Origin: an uncultured Mycoplasmatota bacterium
Lineage (GTDB): Bacteria > Bacillota_I > Bacilli_A > RF39 > UBA660
Direction: 5' to 3'
Assembly: GCA_949289505.1 (NCBI GenBank)
Contig: CASEOP010000039.1
Location: 1 to 35,163 of the forward strand
DNA: 35,163 nt
Position 1 is the stretch's first letter; each line of letters begins with the position of its first letter. The notes under the pieces were generated by a model, which was not told the origin of the DNA, ran no database searches, and saw nothing but the letters and a program-made list of their open reading frames with translations. Of this stretch, positions 1-9,289 are shown in pieces. A program made the position numbers and the translations under genes.

Positions 1-116
1 AGCGGAATTTATAATAACTCAACACTTTTTGTTTTGCAACATTATTTTAACAAAACTAAAGACTTTTCGTTAGAAATTTGGTACAATAATATATATTACA
101 TGAAAGGGAGGATATA

Positions 117-338
117 ATGAATTATAAGGTTAAAGATTTAAAAAAGGAAGGGTGGATATCTTTTAACACCAAAAATGACGAAAAAATGCTTTCTCAAGAA
201 GTTGTTGACAGACTAGTAAAGGACACTAATAAATGGGCACAAAAATTTAATAGTGAAAAAATAAAGAACAATAAAAGTTTTCAAAAAAGATTATACGACT
301 TAAGAGAAAGAGAAGAAAAAATTGAAGAATCCTATTAG
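117..338 (+). CDS. hypothetical small Lys/Glu-rich protein (73 aa)
   Basis: The RBS gggagg lies 5 nt upstream of the ATG at 117. The frame stays open for 73 codons in very AT-rich DNA, where random frames close quickly. No recognisable domain. Confidence 0.6.
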   Translation: MNYKVKDLKKEGWISFNTKNDEKMLSQEVVDRLVKDTNKWAQKFNSEKIKNNKSFQKRLYDLREREEKIEESY

Positions 339-351
339 AAGGATTTTTTTC
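328..351 (+). terminator. weak rho-independent terminator-like hairpin between the small ORF and trpS
   Basis: AATCCT (328-333) pairs with AGGATT (340-345) around a 6-nt loop and is followed by TTTTT. The TAG stop of the upstream ORF (336-338) sits in the loop. The stem is short and AT-rich, so the call is weak. Confidence 0.4.
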
Positions 352-403
352 TTTAAATTTTCTAATATTTTTGATATACTTAAAAAGAAAGTTGGTTAAA
401 AAT

Positions 404-1408
404 ATGAAAGAATTAAGCAAAACAGTTACAAAAACAATTTTAACAGGAATTCAACCATCAGGCGTAATTACGTTAGGTAATTACATAGGTGCCATAAAAC
501 AAATGGTTAAAATGCAAGAAGAATTTAAATCCTATATATTTATAGCTGATATGCACGCTATAACGGTACCCCAAGAATCTAACCTTCTACACGAAAACAT
601 TCGAAGTTTAGTTGCATTATATATTGCTTGTGGGATTGACCCAAACAAAAACATTATTTTTATTCAATCAGAAAATGAATATCACGCTAATATTTCTTGG
701 CTTCTTGAATGTAATACTCCTTTTGGCGAACTATCAAGAATGACGCAATTTAAAGACAAAAGCAGTAAAAATAATAACTTTTGTGCCGGTCTATTTACTT
801 ACCCAATTTTAATGGCTGCTGATATTTTAGCATACGATGTTGATTTTGTGCCAGTTGGAATTGATCAAAAACAACATGTAGAACTAACCCGCAATATTGC
901 TATCCGTTTCAACAAAAAATACGGTGAAACCTTTAAAATACCTGATGCTTATATAGCCAAAGAAGGAACAAAAATTATGGATTTAATTAATCCAATTAAA
1001 AAAATGAGTAAATCAAGTGAAAACCCAAAAGGTGTTATAAGACTACTAGATAATTTAGATGATATTCGTAAAAAAATTATGTCTGCAACAACAGATAGTG
1101 ATTGTAAAATTATTTATGATATAGAAAACAAACCTGGTATAAGCAATTTAATAAATATATACGCCTCTATTACAGGTCAAAGTATTAAGGAAATAGAAAA
1201 TTATTTTGCTAATCAAAATTATGGGGAATTTAAAAAGCAGGTTGCTGATGTTGTAACTAGAGAAATAGAAGGAATTCAAAAGAGGTATTATGCCATAATA
1301 AATAGTAATGAAATAGATAACATTTTAAGTGAAAATATAAATATAGTGCGTGAAATAGCCAAAAATAAATTTATTACAATGAAAAGGAAAATTGGCTTAT
1401 ATAGATAG
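404..1408 (+). CDS. trpS: tryptophan--tRNA ligase
   Basis: Class I aaRS features are present: TGIQPSGVITLGNYIG (HIGH-region variant typical of TrpS), an exact KMSKS loop (IKKMSKSS), and AADILAY...VPVGIDQKQHVELTR. I prefer the ATG at 404 (MKELSK) over the TTG at 371 offered by the ORF track. Confidence 0.94.
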   Translation: MKELSKTVTKTILTGIQPSGVITLGNYIGAIKQMVKMQEEFKSYIFIADMHAITVPQESNLLHENIRSLVALYIACGIDPNKNIIFIQSENEYHANISWLLECNTPFGELSRMTQFKDKSSKNNNFCAGLFTYPILMAADILAYDVDFVPVGIDQKQHVELTRNIAIRFNKKYGETFKIPDAYIAKEGTKIMDLINPIKKMSKSSENPKGVIRLLDNLDDIRKKIMSATTDSDCKIIYDIENKPGISNLINIYASITGQSIKEIENYFANQNYGEFKKQVADVVTREIEGIQKRYYAIINSNEIDNILSENINIVREIAKNKFITMKRKIGLYR

Positions 1409-1458
1409 TTGCTAAAACTTATTATTAATAGTATACTTAATATAGAAAGTAGGATAAT

Positions 1459-2250
1459 ATGAAAAAAAGAATAATTAGTGCTATTATAATGCTCATAATA
1501 GTTATCCCAGTAATATGGTATGGGAATAATTTATTTAGATTAGGAGTTAGCATAGTAAGTATTTTAGCTCTAAAAGAATTACTCGATCTAAAAAAAAGTC
1601 ATAATCAATATCCATATTTAATACAATTAATTAGCATCATAGCTTTAGCGCTGTTAGTATTAACCGAATTTGATGGCTACTCAATTTTATTTGGTATAAC
1701 TTATAAAGGAATTGCTATTGCTCTTTTAACATTATTAGGGTCAACTTTAATTTATGACGAAAAAAATTATAGTACAAAAGACGCATTTTATTTAATAGGT
1801 TCTATTTTGCTTTTAGGCACTTCTTTTAATACTATGATTTTAGTTCGAATGATTGATTTATATTTATTCATCTATCTAATTCTAATATTTATATTTACTG
1901 ATACGTTTGCTATGCTTATGGGAATGGCTTTTGGCCGACACAAATTAATACCTAAAGTAAGTCCTAAAAAGACTATAGAAGGTAGTATTTTAGGCTCACT
2001 TATTGGCACAACCGTAGCCGCTTGCTTTTATCATTTTTTAATTAATCCTATATCTATAAAAGTAATTGTTGCAACTCTAATATTATCAATAATAGGTCAA
2101 ATAGGTGATTTAATATTTAGTAAAATAAAAAGAGAAAATGGTATTAAAGATTTTAGCAATCTAATCCCTGGTCATGGGGGCATATTAGATAGGCTTGATA
2201 GTACAATTGCTATAATGCTTGGCTTTTTACTATTGTATTCAATGTTTTAG
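1459..2250 (+). CDS. cdsA: phosphatidate cytidylyltransferase (CDP-diglyceride synthase)
   Basis: Polytopic membrane protein with the CdsA C-terminal signature SKIKRENGIKDFSNLIPGHGGILDRLDS. It sits in the conserved cdsA-rseP pairing. Confidence 0.93.
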   Translation: MKKRIISAIIMLIIVIPVIWYGNNLFRLGVSIVSILALKELLDLKKSHNQYPYLIQLISIIALALLVLTEFDGYSILFGITYKGIAIALLTLLGSTLIYDEKNYSTKDAFYLIGSILLLGTSFNTMILVRMIDLYLFIYLILIFIFTDTFAMLMGMAFGRHKLIPKVSPKKTIEGSILGSLIGTTVAACFYHFLINPISIKVIVATLILSIIGQIGDLIFSKIKRENGIKDFSNLIPGHGGILDRLDSTIAIMLGFLLLYSMF

Positions 2251-2264
2251 TTAGGAGGATAAAT

Positions 2265-3317
2265 ATGTGGTTTATTATTTTGATATTATTAATATTTATA
2301 TTAGGAATTATAATATTAGTCCATGAATTTGGCCATTTTATTACCGCCAAAAAAGCAGGTGTTCATATTTATGAATTTTCTATTGGCATGGGTCCATTAA
2401 TTAAAACTCATAAAGGTAAAGATGGAATAAATTATAACATTAGGGCCTTTCCTATTGGAGGATTTGTATCCATGGCTGGAGAAGTATACGAAGATGATGA
2501 GTCGAAAAAATTAAAAAAAGAAGACTTTATGTGCAATAAAAAATGGTGGCAAAGAGTTATTATTTTAGCAGCAGGAGTAATTAATAATTTTATTTTAGCA
2601 ATTTTAGTATTATTTATAATGGCCCTTATATGGGGAGCAAATAGTTTAGAACCAAGAGTAGGAACAATTCTAGAAAATTCAGCGGCGATGGAAAGTGGCT
2701 TAAAAGAGGGCGACTTAATTTTATCTATAAATAATCATAAAGTTTCAACATGGGACCAAACTCAAATAGTTTTATATTTAAAAAATGACAGTAATATTTA
2801 TAATTTTAAAGTTTTAAGAGATAACAAGACCATTAATTTAGAAATAGAACCAAAGATAACTAAAACTGATACTGGCGAAGAACAAAAAACATTTGGATTT
2901 GGAATAGAGCAAACAGTAGAACATGGCCTATTAGCTAGTCTTAAATACGCATTTGTTAGATTCTACAGTTTAATTTCTACAATGTGGCTAACTGTAGTTA
3001 ATTTATTTACAGGTCAAATTTCCATTAGCAGTTTATCTGGCCCAGTAGGCATATACCATGTAGTTGGCGAAAGTCTAGCTGCTGGAATTCAACAATTAAT
3101 ATATTTAATAGCATTTTTAAGTATTAATGTCGGTTTAATCAATATTTTACCTATTCCCGCTTTTGATGGTGGAAGAATATTATTTTTGATTATAGAAAAA
3201 ATTAAGGGTAGTCCTATAAATGCTAAATTCGAAAATACTTGTCACATGATATTCTTTTTCTTAATTATTTTATTAATGATATATATAACTATATTTGATA
3301 TTATAAGATTTACTTGA
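2265..3317 (+). CDS. rseP: RIP site-2 zinc metalloprotease (RseP/RasP family)
   Basis: Contains HEFGH in the first TM helix, a central PDZ-like segment (GLKEGDLILSINNHKV), and the NILPIPAFDGGR motif. Strong RBS aggagg. Confidence 0.93.
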   Translation: MWFIILILLIFILGIIILVHEFGHFITAKKAGVHIYEFSIGMGPLIKTHKGKDGINYNIRAFPIGGFVSMAGEVYEDDESKKLKKEDFMCNKKWWQRVIILAAGVINNFILAILVLFIMALIWGANSLEPRVGTILENSAAMESGLKEGDLILSINNHKVSTWDQTQIVLYLKNDSNIYNFKVLRDNKTINLEIEPKITKTDTGEEQKTFGFGIEQTVEHGLLASLKYAFVRFYSLISTMWLTVVNLFTGQISISSLSGPVGIYHVVGESLAAGIQQLIYLIAFLSINVGLINILPIPAFDGGRILFLIIEKIKGSPINAKFENTCHMIFFFLIILLMIYITIFDIIRFT

Positions 3318-3351
3318 TAGTAAGTCTTTTTATATGGTAAAATAATAACAT

Positions 3352-3428
3352 GTTTCAATAGTTCAGCTGGATAGAACGCTAGCCTCCGACGCTAGAAATC
3401 GTGGGTTCGAATCCCACTTGAAACACCA
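3352..3428 (+). tRNA. tRNA-Arg (anticodon CCG), CCA encoded
   Basis: Hand-folded cloverleaf. Acceptor stem GTTTCAA/TTGAAAC, D stem GTTC/GAAC, anticodon stem CTAGC/GCTAG with loop CTCCGAC (anticodon CCG). T stem GTGGG/CCCAC with loop TTCGAAT, 5-nt variable loop, 3' ACCA. Confidence 0.95.
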
Positions 3429-3438
3429 AGTTGTCATT

Positions 3439-3473
3439 AACTCTAACTTTTATTATGGTTAGAGTTTTGATTT
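3439..3473 (+). terminator. rho-independent terminator after tRNA-Arg
   Basis: AACTCTAAC (3439-3447) pairs with GTTAGAGTT (3458-3466) around a 10-nt loop, followed by TTGATTT. Confidence 0.6.
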
Positions 3474-3546
3474 AAATGAATCTAACATAATAGTATATTC
3501 TAACAAACTTAATTTTAATATATGTTGTCTTAACTAAAATTTATTT

Positions 3547-3574
3547 TTGACATTTTCTTTAAATTTGATATAAT
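3547..3574 (+). promoter_or_regulatory. sigma-A type promoter of the orphan 401-aa gene
   Basis: TTGACA (3547-3552), a 16-nt spacer, then TGaTATAAT (extended -10, TATAAT at 3569-3574). The RBS agggggg precedes the ATG at 3600. Confidence 0.55.
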
Positions 3575-3599
3575 ACTAATTTGTATCAGGGGGGAAATT

Positions 3600-4805
3600 A
3601 TGCATAGAATAGAATTTAAAGAAACCCTAAAAGCTTTTAAAATTGCTAATCCTATATTAGATATAAAAGGCAATTTAGGAATAGATGAAGAAGTTCACAT
3701 TTGGCAAAATATTGCCTTGTATTATAGCGGTAGCTCCTACGTTGTTATTAAAGGGAAAATCCCTTTAGAAGTAGCACAAATTATCTATGAAAAATATCCT
3801 AATAATTCGTATGGAATACATATTAATGGTGAAGAAAAAAGTAGCAATCCCCGTTTTTATGCTATTGATGAAAAATTTGCAAGAGAAATAGCTGAAATTG
3901 AACAAACAATCAATCCTATAACGAACAATCCCCATTCTAAAGAATTACTAGTAAAAATTAAGAAAGCTCAAGCTAAATTACAAGAAAGAAACGATAACAA
4001 AAAATACATAAAAACATACCACATAGATTCATTAGAAGGGTTAGTTATATTTATTGCTGAATTAAAAGACTATTACGCTAGACAATTAGGCTATCAAGAA
4101 ACTGAAGTTCAAAACATTTCAAAAAGTATTGCTTTAATCACAAATGAATTATTAAAAAAGGTTTACATAACTACATGTCCTCAAGATTGGGTAAAATATT
4201 ATACTTTATATTACGAAACATATATAAAAGCAATAGCTAATAGTTCAAAATCAAAAAATAATCCTAATTTTAGATTAGCTCTTGAAAAATTTGTTCAAAC
4301 AATAAATCCTTTTATAAACCTCGAAATAGAACTAGATAGCATTGAAAAATACATTGAAAAAGTAAGAATTGGAGCAAAAATTTATAATCAATATCAAATT
4401 AATCAAGGTGCTTATTTATATGAAACCAAACTTCAAGATAGAGCTTCACACAATAGTGTAAGTATAGCATATAAGAATAATGGTTTTTCATATGGTCTTG
4501 AATATAGTGATGAGCTAAAAGATTTAATTTTATTATATCAATTTGAATTTAATTCTCAAAATAAAGAAGATGCAGAAGAAAGTATTATCATAAGCTTTAA
4601 AGATAAAAAAACCAATACTTGCATCAAACTTAAATATAATTTGACTAAAGGTCTTATTATAAAAATGGGTGAAAAAACAAGGAAAGCTACAATGGAAGAA
4701 AAACTTTTTATATATGAATTATTAAATCAAACTATAGCTTTAGCATCTACCATAACCATTAATAATTTAGCAAGACAGTCACAAGTAAAAAAATTAACAC
4801 TATAA
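3600..4805 (+). CDS. hypothetical protein, 401 aa, no recognisable domain
   Basis: Long open frame with a strong RBS, its own promoter and its own terminator. No signal peptide, TM segment, P-loop or nuclease/HExxH-type motif found by eye. The central region is predicted helical and charged (KELLVKIKKAQAKLQERNDNKK). Confidence 0.8.
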   Translation: MHRIEFKETLKAFKIANPILDIKGNLGIDEEVHIWQNIALYYSGSSYVVIKGKIPLEVAQIIYEKYPNNSYGIHINGEEKSSNPRFYAIDEKFAREIAEIEQTINPITNNPHSKELLVKIKKAQAKLQERNDNKKYIKTYHIDSLEGLVIFIAELKDYYARQLGYQETEVQNISKSIALITNELLKKVYITTCPQDWVKYYTLYYETYIKAIANSSKSKNNPNFRLALEKFVQTINPFINLEIELDSIEKYIEKVRIGAKIYNQYQINQGAYLYETKLQDRASHNSVSIAYKNNGFSYGLEYSDELKDLILLYQFEFNSQNKEDAEESIIISFKDKKTNTCIKLKYNLTKGLIIKMGEKTRKATMEEKLFIYELLNQTIALASTITINNLARQSQVKKLTL

Positions 4806-4816
4806 AAATTGTAAAT

Positions 4817-4850
4817 AAAAAATTAAGATGAAATTATACTTAATTTTTTT
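4817..4850 (+). terminator. rho-independent terminator
   Basis: AAAAATTAAG pairs with CTTAATTTTT around an 11-nt loop and runs into a T tract (4841-4850). Confidence 0.6.
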
Positions 4851-5053
4851 AATTACTAAAATTACTAAATATTATATTACAAATAAATTTATTTTTCTCG
4901 TAAATTGATAGTTTAATTGATGGTAAATATCTAAAACTATTTTTATTAGGTCTAAGTTGTTATTTCTATTATTCCCAACGCTCTAAAAAATCGCAATTTA
5001 AAGGGGTATACTTTTAAACTAATGTATGCTATTATAATTAGTAGGGTGATAAG

Positions 5054-5608
5054 ATGTTTAATTATATTATTGGAAAAATAGTAGCTCAAGAAAACAATTA
5101 TATAGTAGTAGAAAATAATCAAATTGGTTATACAATTTACGTTGCTAATCCTTTTAGTTTTGAATTAAATGCTGATGCTAAAGTATATTTATATAATCAA
5201 GTAAGGGAAGATGAGTATACTTTATATGGTTTTAAAAGTGAAGATGAAAGAAATTTGTTCTTAAAACTTATTAATGTTAAAGGATTAGGGCCTAAAATGG
5301 CTATGCCTATGCTTGCCACTGGTTCTATTGCCGGTATTATTGATGCTATAGATAGAGAAAATATTTTATATTTAACTAAATTCCCCAAGATTGGTGAGAA
5401 ACTTGCTAGGCAAATAATTCTTGACTTAAAAGGCAAACTTGCAAGTAAACAAGACATTAATTTAAGTGGCGATTTTGATGAACTTGTTAGTGTGCTTGAA
5501 AGTCTAGGATATAAAAGAGCTGAAATTAAAAAAGTGCTACCAAAAGTTAATGCTTCTTTAGAAATAGAAGCCCAAATTAAAGAAGCTTTAAAGTTGATGT
5601 TAAAATGA
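5054..5608 (+). CDS. ruvA: Holliday junction branch migration complex subunit RuvA
   Basis: N-terminal OB-fold start MFNYIIGKI..., two HhH motifs (INVKGLGPKMA, LTKFPKIGEKLARQIILDL), and a C-terminal domain III (LESLGYKRAEIKKV). Its stop overlaps the next ATG (ATGA). Confidence 0.93.
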   Translation: MFNYIIGKIVAQENNYIVVENNQIGYTIYVANPFSFELNADAKVYLYNQVREDEYTLYGFKSEDERNLFLKLINVKGLGPKMAMPMLATGSIAGIIDAIDRENILYLTKFPKIGEKLARQIILDLKGKLASKQDINLSGDFDELVSVLESLGYKRAEIKKVLPKVNASLEIEAQIKEALKLMLK

Positions 5609-6126
5609 TTTTAGGCATTGATATAGATGATACAATTACTTATACGAGAAAAACTATTTTAAAGTATCGCAAAATAGCTTATCCTAAATTAAATGATACT
5701 GATTTACTGTCTAATAGAGAATATAAAAAATTTCTTCGGAAATATATGAAAGATATGCGTAAAGAATACGCAATAAGAGAAGGAGTTAAAGAAGCTTGGC
5801 AATATTTTAAAGACAACAATTTTAAAATTATCATTATAACCGCTAGGAGTAACAAGTATTATCGAAAAAGTATTAAAGACACTATTGCATTTTTAAAAGA
5901 ACATAATATTTTTTATGACAAAATATATTTTAAACAATATAAAAAAGGAAAAAAGGCTTTTAAAGAACACATTGATTTATTTATAGATGACAAAGAATCA
6001 GTTTTAGAAAATGTTTCTAAATATGGTATCAATGTTTTATTAAGAGGACAATCAGACAAATATCAAAGTTGTGAAAATTGGTATCAAATAATAGATTATA
6101 TAAAGGAGGGTAAATATGGACAATGA
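5605..6126 (+). CDS. HAD-superfamily hydrolase, 5'(3')-nucleotidase-like
   Basis: HAD motif [12 protein letters not shown] (DxDxT), motif II IIITARS, a Lys-rich motif III region, and motif IV FIDDK. The gene overlaps both the ruvA stop and the ruvB start. Confidence 0.7.
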   Translation: MILGIDIDDTITYTRKTILKYRKIAYPKLNDTDLLSNREYKKFLRKYMKDMRKEYAIREGVKEAWQYFKDNNFKIIIITARSNKYYRKSIKDTIAFLKEHNIFYDKIYFKQYKKGKKAFKEHIDLFIDDKESVLENVSKYGINVLLRGQSDKYQSCENWYQIIDYIKEGKYGQ

Positions 6127-7123
6127 CAAAATATTAGAAGTTGAAGCGCAAGAAAGTGATAATTTTGAAGCTAGTTTAAGACCTCAATCATTAATGGAAT
6201 ATATAGGTCAAGAAGACATTAAAGCTAACTTAAAAGTATTTATTGAGGCAGCCAAAATGCGTGATGAAGCATTAGATCACGTACTTCTTTATGGCCCTCC
6301 AGGGCTTGGAAAAACAACACTTGCCCACATAATAGCTAACGAACTAGGAAGTAATATTAAAACAGCTAGTGGTCCATCTTTAGAAAAAAGTGGTGATTTA
6401 GCGGCCGTTTTATCCACCATTGAACCAGGTGATGTTTTATTTATTGATGAAATTCATAGAATGCCAAAATTTGTTGAAGAAATTTTATACCCTGCTATGG
6501 AAGATTTTGAATTAGACATAATTATTGGTGCAGACGGTAAAAGTAGAAGCATCAAAATAGATTTGCCTCCATTTACCTTAGTAGGAGCAACCACTAGAGC
6601 AGGTGACTTATCTAGTCCACTTAGAGATAGATTTGGTATAGTATCTAAATTAAACTATTACGAAGATTCAGAACTTCAACAAATTATAAAAAGAACTGGT
6701 CGAGTTCTTGAGATGGAAATAGATGATGATGCGGCCCTAGAAATAGCTAAAAGATGCCGTAAAACACCAAGAGTAGCTAATAGATTATTTAAAAGGGTAA
6801 GAGATTTTGCATTAGTTGAAGGAAATGGCAAAATAGATTATAATATTACTGTAGATAGTTTAAAAAGGCTTAAAGTTGATGAGTTTGGATTAGATCAAAT
6901 AGACATTGAATATTTAAGTGCTTTAATAAGTAAATTTAATGGTGGTCCAGTAGGCATTGAAACAATTGCTACTGCCATAGGCGAAGAAGTAACTACTATT
7001 GAAGATGTTGTAGAACCATTTTTACTTCAAGAAGGTTTTATTAAAAGAACCCAAAGAGGAAGAATGGCTGAAGAAAAAGCTTATGAACATTTAAAGATTG
7101 TAAGACAAGGGACGTTATTTTAG
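6116..7123 (+). CDS. ruvB: Holliday junction DNA helicase RuvB
   Basis: Walker [10 protein letters not shown], Walker [10 protein letters not shown], the conserved [12 protein letters not shown] segment and RDRFGI, and the C-terminal winged-helix segment [16 protein letters not shown]. Confidence 0.97.
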   Translation: MDNDKILEVEAQESDNFEASLRPQSLMEYIGQEDIKANLKVFIEAAKMRDEALDHVLLYGPPGLGKTTLAHIIANELGSNIKTASGPSLEKSGDLAAVLSTIEPGDVLFIDEIHRMPKFVEEILYPAMEDFELDIIIGADGKSRSIKIDLPPFTLVGATTRAGDLSSPLRDRFGIVSKLNYYEDSELQQIIKRTGRVLEMEIDDDAALEIAKRCRKTPRVANRLFKRVRDFALVEGNGKIDYNITVDSLKRLKVDEFGLDQIDIEYLSALISKFNGGPVGIETIATAIGEEVTTIEDVVEPFLLQEGFIKRTQRGRMAEEKAYEHLKIVRQGTLF

Positions 7124-7209
7124 GAGTGATTAATATGCTTATATATATTGTGAAAATTCAAGTGTTTCGATTTTAATATATAGATTTTAATTAATTGAAA
7201 GGAGACATT

Positions 7210-8052
7210 ATGAAAATAATTGATGGTAAATTAATAGCCAATGAAATAAAAAAAGATTTAATAAAAGAAGTTTTAAAATTAAAAGAAACGAATATTATAC
7301 CAGGTTTAGGGATAATTTTAGTAGGTCATAATGAAGCAAGCGAAATATATGTAAGAAATAAAATAAAAGTATGTGAAGAACTTGGAATAAAAGCTACACT
7401 TTATCGTTATAATGATAAAAACACTGATGAAGAAATTATTGCTAAAATAAAAGAACTTAACAACGATCGAAATATAGATGGTATTCTTGTTCAAAGTCCA
7501 TTGCCAAATAAATTTGATGAAAATAAAATAATTTCTTATATAAACCCTAGCAAAGATGTAGATGGATTTGGAACTTATAATTTAGGTGCACTATTCAGTG
7601 ACAATGAACAAATAATTGCAGCTACCCCCTTAGGTATTTTAAAAATGCTTGATTACATAAATGTATCTATAAGTGGAAAAAACGTTGTCGTAATTGGCTC
7701 CAGTATAATTGTTGGTAGACCTATGGCAGCAGCCTTATTAAATAGAGGTGCGACTGTCACCATAGCTCATTCCCAAACTAAAAATTTACAAGCAGTAACT
7801 AAACAAGCAGATATTTTGATCGTAGCTATAGGACATGCTAAGTTTATTACCGACGAGTACATAAAAGAAGGGGCAATTGTTATTGATGTTGGTACTAATA
7901 GAATAGATAATAAATTATATGGTGATGTTGATTTTGATAAAGTATCACCTAAATGTAGCTACATAACAAAAGTACCAGGGGGAGTTGGACCTATGACAAT
8001 TATTATGTTATTATCCAATTTAATAATAGCAGCGAAAAGGAGAGAAAAATAA
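7210..8052 (+). CDS. folD: bifunctional methylenetetrahydrofolate dehydrogenase/cyclohydrolase
   Basis: Contains [13 protein letters not shown]..., [23 protein letters not shown], and the C-terminal VPGGVGPMT signature. I prefer the ATG at 7210, which follows the RBS aaaggag, over the TTG at 7195. Confidence 0.93.
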   Translation: MKIIDGKLIANEIKKDLIKEVLKLKETNIIPGLGIILVGHNEASEIYVRNKIKVCEELGIKATLYRYNDKNTDEEIIAKIKELNNDRNIDGILVQSPLPNKFDENKIISYINPSKDVDGFGTYNLGALFSDNEQIIAATPLGILKMLDYINVSISGKNVVVIGSSIIVGRPMAAALLNRGATVTIAHSQTKNLQAVTKQADILIVAIGHAKFITDEYIKEGAIVIDVGTNRIDNKLYGDVDFDKVSPKCSYITKVPGGVGPMTIIMLLSNLIIAAKRREK

Positions 8053-8053
8053 A

Positions 8054-9277
8054 ATGGACAATAAAATTAAAGAAGCTTTAGCCAAAGAATTAAAAAGGCA
8101 ACAAAATAACATTGAACTTATAGCCTCAGAAAATTATGTTTCCAAAAGCATTTTGGAATTACAAGGGAGTATTTTTACTAATAAATATGCCGAAGGATAT
8201 CCAAGCAAAAGATATTATGGCGGATGTGTAAATGTTGATACAGTAGAATTATTAGCAATCGAATATGTAACAAAATTATTTAATGCTAATTATGCTAATG
8301 TTCAGCCTCATAGTGGTTCTAGTGCTAATATGGCCGTATATAGAGCCTTACTTAAACCTCATGATAAAGTTATGGGCTTAAATCTTTCCCATGGAGGCCA
8401 TTTAACTCATGGCAACCCAGTTAATTTTAGCGGACTAGATTACGAATTTATTTCTTATAATCTAAATCCCGAATCACAAATGCTTGATTATGAAGAGATA
8501 AGAAATATTGCTTTAAAAGAAAGACCCCAAATGATTGTTGCCGGCGCATCAGCCTATTCAAGATATATAGATTTTGAAAAATTTCGAGACATAGCTCATG
8601 AAGTAGGAGCATATTTATTTGTTGATATGGCCCATATTGCAGGTTTAGTAGCAGCTAACCTTCATCAAAATCCAGTTGATTATGCTGATGTAGTAACATC
8701 GACAACTCATAAAACTTTAAGAGGCCCAAGAGGGGGAATTATTCTTACTAATAATGAAGAAATAATCAAAAAAATTAATAAAGTAATTTTTCCTGGTATT
8801 CAAGGGGGACCTTTAATGCACGTTATAGCAGCGAAAGCAGAGTGCTTTTATGAAGCTTTGCAACCCGAATTTAAAGAATATCAAAAGCAAGTTATAAAAA
8901 ATGCTAAAGCTCTAGCTGACACCCTAAACCAAGAAGGATTTAAAATAATTAGTGGTGGCACAGATAATCATTTAATGTTAGTTGATGTTTTATCAAGTGT
9001 TGGTCTAACTGGGAGCGAAGCTGAAATTTTATTAGATAAAATAAATATAACTGTAAACAAAAATACTATTCCTAATGAAACTGAGTCACCAATGAAAACC
9101 AGTGGCATAAGACTTGGAACACCAGCAATGACAACTAGAGGATTAAAAGAGGAAGACTTCATTAAAATTGGCCATATAATCGCTAAAGTCTTAAAAAATA
9201 AAGACGACGTTGATATTCTTACCGAAGCTAAAAACGAAGTATTAAATATAACTAGTAATTACCCATTATATATATAA
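8054..9277 (+). CDS. glyA: serine hydroxymethyltransferase
   Basis: Contains [22 protein letters not shown], and the PLP-lysine motif [16 protein letters not shown]. Confidence 0.97.
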   Translation: MDNKIKEALAKELKRQQNNIELIASENYVSKSILELQGSIFTNKYAEGYPSKRYYGGCVNVDTVELLAIEYVTKLFNANYANVQPHSGSSANMAVYRALLKPHDKVMGLNLSHGGHLTHGNPVNFSGLDYEFISYNLNPESQMLDYEEIRNIALKERPQMIVAGASAYSRYIDFEKFRDIAHEVGAYLFVDMAHIAGLVAANLHQNPVDYADVVTSTTHKTLRGPRGGIILTNNEEIIKKINKVIFPGIQGGPLMHVIAAKAECFYEALQPEFKEYQKQVIKNAKALADTLNQEGFKIISGGTDNHLMLVDVLSSVGLTGSEAEILLDKINITVNKNTIPNETESPMKTSGIRLGTPAMTTRGLKEEDFIKIGHIIAKVLKNKDDVDILTEAKNEVLNITSNYPLYI

Positions 9278-9289
9278 GTAGGTGAAAAC

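Noticed and set aside
371-403. Upstream non-ATG starts offered by the ORF track (TTG 371 for trpS, and likewise TTG 7195 for folD and GTG 11610 for uvrC)
   Set aside because: In each case an ATG a few codons downstream gives an N-terminus that matches the conserved start of the family. For folD and uvrC that ATG also has better RBS spacing.
339-403. T-box riboswitch upstream of trpS
   Set aside because: Only 65 nt are available, and no specifier-loop or T-box (AGGGTGGNACCGCG-like) sequence is present.
3352-5053. Integrated prophage or island at tRNA-Arg with att duplication
   Set aside because: No integrase or recombinase ORF is present. I found no repeat of the tRNA 3' end (GGTTCGAATCCCAC...) in 3429-5053. 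Only a single cargo-like gene is there.
4851-5053. LexA (Cheo) box upstream of ruvA (also checked 11563-11621 upstream of uvrC)
   Set aside because: Neither region contains a CGAAC-N4-GTTCG-like element. The tandem ATTACTAAA x2 (4852-4869) and the TAATTGAT(A/G)G repeat are short and AT-rich, and plausibly arise by chance.
5197-5457. 86-aa minus-strand ORF inside ruvA
   Set aside because: It lies entirely antisense to a confidently identified gene. It has no RBS, and its low-complexity Ser/Leu/Ile-rich translation is typical of the reverse frame of AT-rich coding DNA.
7124-7209. ZTP/THF-type riboswitch upstream of folD-glyA
   Set aside because: The spacer is only about 85 nt of AT-rich sequence, with none of the GC-rich conserved cores of those riboswitches.
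8968-9162. 64-aa minus-strand ORF inside glyA
   Set aside because: Antisense shadow ORF within a highly conserved gene, with no RBS.
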